From NCBI GenBank assembly GCA_030604405.1, contig JAUVVY010000019.1, forward strand, positions 8,138 to 72,137: DNA of 64,000 nt, written 5' to 3'. The position numbers were made by a program, and so were the translations under genes. Source of the stretch: a bacterium (GTDB lineage: Bacteria > Armatimonadota > Zipacnadia > Zipacnadales > UBA11051). The notes below the pieces were generated by a model that was not told the DNA's origin, did not search any database, and was given only the letters and a program-made list of their open reading frames with translations. The stretch's first letter is position 1, and each line of letters starts with the position of its first letter. Of this stretch, positions 59,401 to 64,000 are shown in pieces.

Positions 59401-60484
59401 TGCCGGCACCGGCGATGAAGGCAAGCTGCTTTGCATTATTGACAAAGACCACCACAGCGTAGCCTACGACTCGGATAACGCCTACATCACCTGCCTGCAG
59501 CCGATCAACGGCCGGGAGCTATATGTGGGCACCACGAACCAGGGCGGCCTGCTTCACGTTGACACGGCTCGCGCAACTGAGGGTTGGCTGGAATCATCGG
59601 TGCTCGATGCCAAGCGGATTGCGCAGTGGGGCCAACTGCAGTGGCAGGTGGAGATCAGGGGCGATGCCTCAGCGCGGGCCGCCACGCGATCGGGCAGCAA
59701 CTCCGACCCGACAGACAGTAGTTGGAGTGGCTGGTCGCGTCCCATGGAAAATGGCCAGGGCGGAATGACACAGAGCCCGCCGGCGCGTTATCTGCAGTAC
59801 CGCCTGGACCTTGCCAGAACCAAAGCCGAAGACACCGTCGCTGTGAGCCGGGTTGCCATCGCCTACTTGCCCGCAAACCAGGCACCGGAGCTGAAGATAA
59901 AGAAGCCGTCCGAGGGCGATGTGGTGTCCGAAGAATGTAGCATCTCGTGGGACGCAACTGACCCCGACAGCGACACCTTGGTTACGCACATCTACTATCG
60001 CGAGCTCGGGAAAACCGACTGGCAGTCGGTGACCGACGAGCCGGAAGAAGAGACCTACGATTGGGATACTACCGATCTGAAAAGCGGCCACTACCAGTTG
60101 CGCATCGTCGCTGATGACGGTGCCAGCAACCCGGGGCAGGCGCTTTCCGATACAGCCACGGTCGAGCTCTTGACGATAGACAATGATGAGCCGCAGATCT
60201 GGGTGGACACTATAGAGGCGCGAGGCGACAAATTGTTCGTCTCGGGTGTCGCGGCCGATGACTTGGTCAAGGTGGCAGAGGTATGTTACAGGCTTGAAGA
60301 GCGCTGGTATGCCGCGCGCGCAGTGGACGGGCTATACGACACCCGGCACGAGAGCTTTGACCTGCAGATACCACTACCGCGGGAAAAAGCTGAGATTGCA
60401 ATCCGGGCCCGCGACGCGGCCGGCAACGAGGGCTCAATAATAGTGACCTGGCCTGACGGCCAGAAGGTGGTGCCCTTGGGTTAA
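56411..60484 (+). CDS. Secreted SpoIVB/S55 peptidase-domain protein fused to beta-propeller and Ig/FN3-like domains
   Basis: Signal peptide; GVIGGMSGSP, GTITY...LAYGHP; Pro-rich linker; repeated YxGT...G.(I/L)Y blades; SP.ARYLQYR. Confidence 0.85.
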   Translation: MRLHRAVAFASLFVMLAAQSALFAERIEFDPKTMMRASDVRPGMRGVGKSVFRGVEIEEFSFEIVGRLEKVILGRDMILGQITGGPPIDRNAGVIGGMSGSPCYIRGKLLGALAYGWFWQKEARFGITPIEDMLEATWGQEAEAAAVGASGRWTAREPIHIAGRQITGAVVGPANSTRPFADPHTIILHPVSPPITCSGMSPQAMKLMKRMLEPRGVTVLAGPGTKSNPVDVELEPGSAGGVRLMSGDFEAASVGTITYREGDQLLAYGHPLMELGRTKMPMCTGWIHDVMPSIDRSAKIGSAMVDVGTMFSDTPWSIAGRLGQVPETIPASFHIVDRSRNVTKDFHVQVCDQPMITSMMLTSAMMSAVEATFNAGYEGMVKLHYKVVGQKGDTIERSNTFYFQQSAVFTLMSELAFPMYLLEENRFRPQNIASLEVTAEFNEQDNTAFIERVYAEENVAEAGKALHLHVVVRPDDGEPTDRVVTLNIPIDTPKGTLRIAVAGGQAAWTLRSRLRLMMPVWNDLDPFIKFFEEQEQNTELVTIAALPSAGVIVGETRMFRLPGSFASLITSSPRTDLQGGKAELSHSEASPWVIYGSQFMAISTVDRKGAKSAKGKVPSPGPGPGPEPPPPPPPMTQSNGEAYRRPGALAPFTMYWAADAFPEPLATKLRQAAPSPLQLPPPAPPDFGPSSSLEDMEEMMKREAENGDEKDEEKEPDKEEKKDELTARQPSAWTQTTAKDFLQGKLEGVAVRSDGVVTLAPYVEKIDSPGAFYVLSAVADAAGNVYFGTGSEGHIYKIGENSKVTLFCDIDTFAVTGLICDGEGGLLAATSPGGKVYQVSSDGSAEVYCELPVDYLWAIGKTAQGKITLCTGSEGKLYEVQGPGKYSEVCKLAQAHILCMAADGEFTYLGTASQGVVYRLSADGRYTALFDAKDKDITAIAVPKLAEQAGNRIYVATASGKSGGGVYEVSADGAALLLYEDKKTPVYALACMDGALYAGTGDEGKLLCIIDKDHHSVAYDSDNAYITCLQPINGRELYVGTTNQGGLLHVDTARATEGWLESSVLDAKRIAQWGQLQWQVEIRGDASARAATRSGSNSDPTDSSWSGWSRPMENGQGGMTQSPPARYLQYRLDLARTKAEDTVAVSRVAIAYLPANQAPELKIKKPSEGDVVSEECSISWDATDPDSDTLVTHIYYRELGKTDWQSVTDEPEEETYDWDTTDLKSGHYQLRIVADDGASNPGQALSDTATVELLTIDNDEPQIWVDTIEARGDKLFVSGVAADDLVKVAEVCYRLEERWYAARAVDGLYDTRHESFDLQIPLPREKAEIAIRARDAAGNEGSIIVTWPDGQKVVPLG

Positions 60485-60557
60485 GCGGGGCGATACAGTA
60501 GCCAACGCACCGCCTCGGTTTGATCGAGCAGTAAGCTGAGAGTACACGTGAAACAGA

Positions 60558-60595
60558 AGAAGCCGACCACCACTGTGGTGGTCGGCTTCTTTCTT
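60558..60595. terminator. Probable bidirectional Rho-independent terminator
   Basis: 15-bp stem AGAAGCCGACCACCA-ctg-TGGTGGTCGGCTTCT between convergent genes. Confidence 0.75.
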
Positions 60596-60616
60596 GGGGG
60601 TGCATATTGGATTCCG

Positions 60617-61624
60617 TTAGAACTCGTTCTGCACCTCAACCAGCGCGCCGCCCTTTTCTGACGACTCGATCGCGGCCCAGGCCGTGGCCACGGTCTTGGC
60701 CCCGTCAACACCGTCAATCAGCGGCGTCTTGTCGTTGACTATGCAGTCAACGAAGTGCTCCATTTCGCTGGCCAGCGCCTTCGCCATGCTCGCCTTGGGC
60801 AGCTCCATCCAGCGGTACCTGTCAACCTGCCGCAGGCTCATCTGGGCTGATGGTGAGGTGTTATCCCCGACCAGCGTGCCTTTGCTGCCCCAGACTTCCA
60901 GGTCGAGGCCGTACGGCCGCTGGCAGCCGGCAGAGACGGTCACATGGCCGATGACATCATTGGCGAACTGCAGGTTGAGGATCCACATGTCGTCAACCTG
61001 CTGCTGGGGGATGTTGAAGTGGTTGCTGAACGCAGACACGGTGATGACATCGCCGCCGAACCAGCGGGCCAGGTCTATGGCATGGCAGCCGCCGCCGATG
61101 AGGACGTGGCGCTTTTCCGGATCGAAGCGCCAGCCATCAAAGCCGGGAATCTGCTCGTAGTTGTGGATGTAGCTGGTCTCGACAAAGTACACGTCGCCCA
61201 GCGTGCCATCGAACGCCCACTTGTGGGCGTCTTCGAAGAACTTGTGGAAGCGGCAGACCTGAGCCACCATAAGCTTCTTCCCATACTTGCGCGCGGCATC
61301 CACCATCTCCTGACATTCTTCAATAGTACGGGCCATCGGCTTTTCCACCAACACGTGCTTGCCCGCTTCGAAGGCCTTAATCGTCTGCTCCAAGTGGAGA
61401 TGATCCGGCGTTGTGACAGAGACAATGTCCACCTCGTCCGAGGCTACCAATTCATCAAAGTCGGTGGTAGCTACCGGCAGCTCAAACTCCTTTTGCGTCT
61501 TTTCGACCAGCTCAGCGTTAATGTCGCACACCGCCACCAGTTCAGCGTCCGGCAACTCCTTGCACTGCTGGAAATGACCATAGCCCATGCGCAAACCGAC
61601 GATTCCTATTCCAAGCTTTGCCAC
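60617..61624 (-). CDS. Gfo/Idh/MocA family oxidoreductase
   Basis: IGIVGL.MG, TPDHLH, AGKHVLVEKP, GGCHAIDL. Confidence 0.93.
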   Translation of the reverse strand: MAKLGIGIVGLRMGYGHFQQCKELPDAELVAVCDINAELVEKTQKEFELPVATTDFDELVASDEVDIVSVTTPDHLHLEQTIKAFEAGKHVLVEKPMARTIEECQEMVDAARKYGKKLMVAQVCRFHKFFEDAHKWAFDGTLGDVYFVETSYIHNYEQIPGFDGWRFDPEKRHVLIGGGCHAIDLARWFGGDVITVSAFSNHFNIPQQQVDDMWILNLQFANDVIGHVTVSAGCQRPYGLDLEVWGSKGTLVGDNTSPSAQMSLRQVDRYRWMELPKASMAKALASEMEHFVDCIVNDKTPLIDGVDGAKTVATAWAAIESSEKGGALVEVQNEF

Positions 61625-61751
61625 AGCAATCAGTCCTTTTCAGTCAAATAGTCGGGTACCTCGTGACGCCGGTGATTTCGCCGGACGGGGAGCTGTCACC
61701 TACTCGGTCCGGGGCAGAATGATTCCCTGGGGGCAATACGCCATAGCTGGC

Positions 61752-62888
61752 TCAGCTCTGCGACGCCTTCTGCTCGTTCAGTACCTTCATGTAGATTTCT
61801 CCGAGGCGGGCAGCGAATCGCTCCATCGTGAAGTGCTGTCGGGCATAGAGACGCGCCGCCTCCCCCAATCGCTTAGCGAGAGCGGGGTCCGCGGCCACTC
61901 GTAAGATAGCGTCAGCGAGTGCGCGAGGCTGGCCGATTGGCACCAGGAGACCGTTTTCACCATCAGAGATGTAGTCGCATGGTCCCCAGACAGCCGTGGA
62001 AACAATGGGTTTCCCCGCAGCCATTGCCTCCTGAACCGCCATGCAGAGGCTTTCTGCGTGAGAAGGACAGACGAAGATGTCGGCCAGCCGCAGTAGCGCA
62101 GGGACATCATTGCGCACGCCCGTGAGCAGAACCTGCTGGGCGATGCCGAGGCGTGCACTCAGCTTCTCAAGGAATGCAGCGTCATCGCCGCTTCCCACAA
62201 TTAGAAGACGGGCACAGGGATAGTGTCTGAGAACGGTTCCGAACGCATGAACTAGGTCTCTCTGGCCCTTGATTCTTTCCAGTCGGCCCACCCAAATGAT
62301 GATGGGGTGGGCATCCGCCACCCCCAACTCCTGGGCCAGCGCTTTGTCGGCGGGAGGTAGATCAAAGAGCGCATAACTCACAGGGTGCACGACGGGGATA
62401 ACTCGTTCGGGCGGATAGCCAAACCATCGCTGGAGGAACTCCCCATAGCTGGGCGACACGGCAGTGACCAGATCAGGCGTCAGGCGGTATGGCCGTTGAT
62501 AGATGCGACGAGTCCATTGTGGTCGCGGCTCATGCTGGGTGATGATGAGGCGATCGATGGCGCCGTAGGCCTTGGCACGTGAGGCGTGAATTATCGTATG
62601 TTCATTGTGCGCATGTACGCAGTCCGGGTCAGCCTCGACTAGCGCCGACGCCAGTGCTCGGGATACGGACAGCCGCCAGCCATGCTTATGTAGGCCTAAG
62701 ACGCGCGTAGGAAATCCCTCAGCAGCGAGTTCGTCCAGCATTGGCTGATTGGGTGCGAAAGTCCAGGCCTCAACCTCGGCACCCAAGGCCCGGAAAGCGT
62801 GGCAGTAGAATACGAACGCGCGTCCCGCGCCCGAAATTAGCGCCGTCGAGACCTCAACAATGCGTACACCTGACAACAGCTTATCCAT
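61752..62888 (-). CDS. Glycosyltransferase family 4
   Basis: VGRL...KG, G.RNDV..LL..ADIFV.PS..E......EAMA.GKPIV, GENGLLVP. Confidence 0.93.
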   Translation of the reverse strand: MDKLLSGVRIVEVSTALISGAGRAFVFYCHAFRALGAEVEAWTFAPNQPMLDELAAEGFPTRVLGLHKHGWRLSVSRALASALVEADPDCVHAHNEHTIIHASRAKAYGAIDRLIITQHEPRPQWTRRIYQRPYRLTPDLVTAVSPSYGEFLQRWFGYPPERVIPVVHPVSYALFDLPPADKALAQELGVADAHPIIIWVGRLERIKGQRDLVHAFGTVLRHYPCARLLIVGSGDDAAFLEKLSARLGIAQQVLLTGVRNDVPALLRLADIFVCPSHAESLCMAVQEAMAAGKPIVSTAVWGPCDYISDGENGLLVPIGQPRALADAILRVAADPALAKRLGEAARLYARQHFTMERFAARLGEIYMKVLNEQKASQS

Positions 62889-62913
62889 CTGTTTGCGCTC
62901 CCTCAATACTGCG

Positions 62914-64000
62914 TCATGCTTGGCTTTGCGAGTGGTCAATTACTCTCGTATAAATATTTGCCAAGCCGGCAACGAATTTGTCCATTGAGAAATTCTCTTG
63001 CGCGTATGCACGCGCCGCCTCCCCCAATCGCTTAGCGAGAGCGGGGTCCGCGGCCAGTCGCAAGATGGCGTCAGCGAGTGCGCGAGGCTGGCCGATTGGC
63101 ACCAGTAAGCCATTGTCACCGTCAGAGATGTAGTCGCATGGTCCCCAGACAGCCGTGGAAACAATGGGTTTCCTCGCAGCCATTGCCTCCTGAACCGCCA
63201 TGCAGAGGGTTTCTGCATGAGAAGGGCAGGCGAAAATGTCAGCGACCTGAAGCAAATCAGGCACGTCCTTGCGCGAGCCTGTAAGAATAGCCTGTTCGGT
63301 CAGCCGCAGGCGCTTAGTTAGGTTCTTAAGGAAGTCACCACGGCTACCACTGCCCACGATTAGTAGGCGGGCAGAGGGATAATGTTCGACAATGGCCCGG
63401 AACGCGTGAATCAGATCGTGCTGACCCTTATGCCTTTTCAGGCGGCTCACCCAAATGATAATCGGGTACGCATCCATCAGGCCTAGCTCGCGAGCCAGCT
63501 CCTCCTGGCGAGCAGGCGCATCAAAGCAGGCCTTGTTGACGGGCATCGGCAGGGCAACGACCCGACCGGCAGCATAACCGTACCATGATTGGATGTGGAT
63601 GGCAGAGCTAGGCGCGGGGGCGATAACCATTTCAGGTGTCATACGGTGCGGCCAGGCGAAAAAGCGACGAGACCAACGCAGCCGCGGGTCATGGTGGCTT
63701 ATGATGAGACGATTGATGGCACCGGCGGCCTTGGCACGCGAGGCGTGCAACCCCGTCTCGTAATTATGCACATGCACCACGTCAGCGGCACTGTTGGCAA
63801 GCTCCGAGGCCAGTGCTCGAGACGATGACCAACGATGGCTGTGTTTAAGCAGGCCTAGAACCCTGGTGGGGAATCCGTCATCGGCAAGCTCTTGCAGCAT
63901 TGCCTGGTCAGGTGCAAACGTCCAGGCTTCAACATCGGCACCCAACTCCCTCAGAGCATGACAGTAAAACACGAACGCACGCCCCGCACCTGAGTTCAAG
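62914..64000 (-). CDS. Glycosyltransferase family 4, paralog of the downstream gene; 5' end off the window
   Basis: Same GT4 motifs; ORF open to the window edge. Confidence 0.92.
   Translation of the reverse strand, partial: LNSGAGRAFVFYCHALRELGADVEAWTFAPDQAMLQELADDGFPTRVLGLLKHSHRWSSSRALASELANSAADVVHVHNYETGLHASRAKAAGAINRLIISHHDPRLRWSRRFFAWPHRMTPEMVIAPAPSSAIHIQSWYGYAAGRVVALPMPVNKACFDAPARQEELARELGLMDAYPIIIWVSRLKRHKGQHDLIHAFRAIVEHYPSARLLIVGSGSRGDFLKNLTKRLRLTEQAILTGSRKDVPDLLQVADIFACPSHAETLCMAVQEAMAARKPIVSTAVWGPCDYISDGDNGLLVPIGQPRALADAILRLAADPALAKRLGEAARAYAQENFSMDKFVAGLANIYTRVIDHSQSQA

Overview
GC-rich bacterial chromosome window; the gene content is loosely reminiscent of Armatimonadota, but that is an unverified inference. 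The standout is 775-12009, a compact and highly diverged flagellum-derived type III export cluster. It comprises a miniature FliF/SctJ-ring + TM + FliG-middle-domain fusion, fliH, fliI, fliJ, fliM, fliN, fliO, fliP, an antisense lipoprotein insert, fliQ, fliR, a truncated flhB, flhA and a sigma28/WhiG-family sigma factor. No rod, hook, filament, stator, FliK, FlhF/G or chemotaxis genes are in or beside it. The ATPase and FlhA motifs are intact, but the torque, switching, substrate-switch and gate-seal elements are specifically missing, which suggests a repurposed non-motility conduit or secretion system. The rest is mostly housekeeping and metabolism: prsA-mazG-S4-ppdK-eno-ftsB, cdsA, a lipid kinase, ald, cstA, a U32-like/QueG-like pair, porCDAB, six tRNAs (including Arg-GCG), a large SRP RNA with dnaX-ybaB-recR, sugar oxidoreductases, nfo, a heparinase-like protein, larC, an aldehyde dehydrogenase, surface-glycan genes, a SpoIVB/S55-propeller fusion and tandem GT4s. 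Intergenic DNA holds a family of nested REP/REPIN-like hairpins and a duplicated 200-240 bp structured MITE-like element. All protein assignments come from visual motif recognition; no searches were run.
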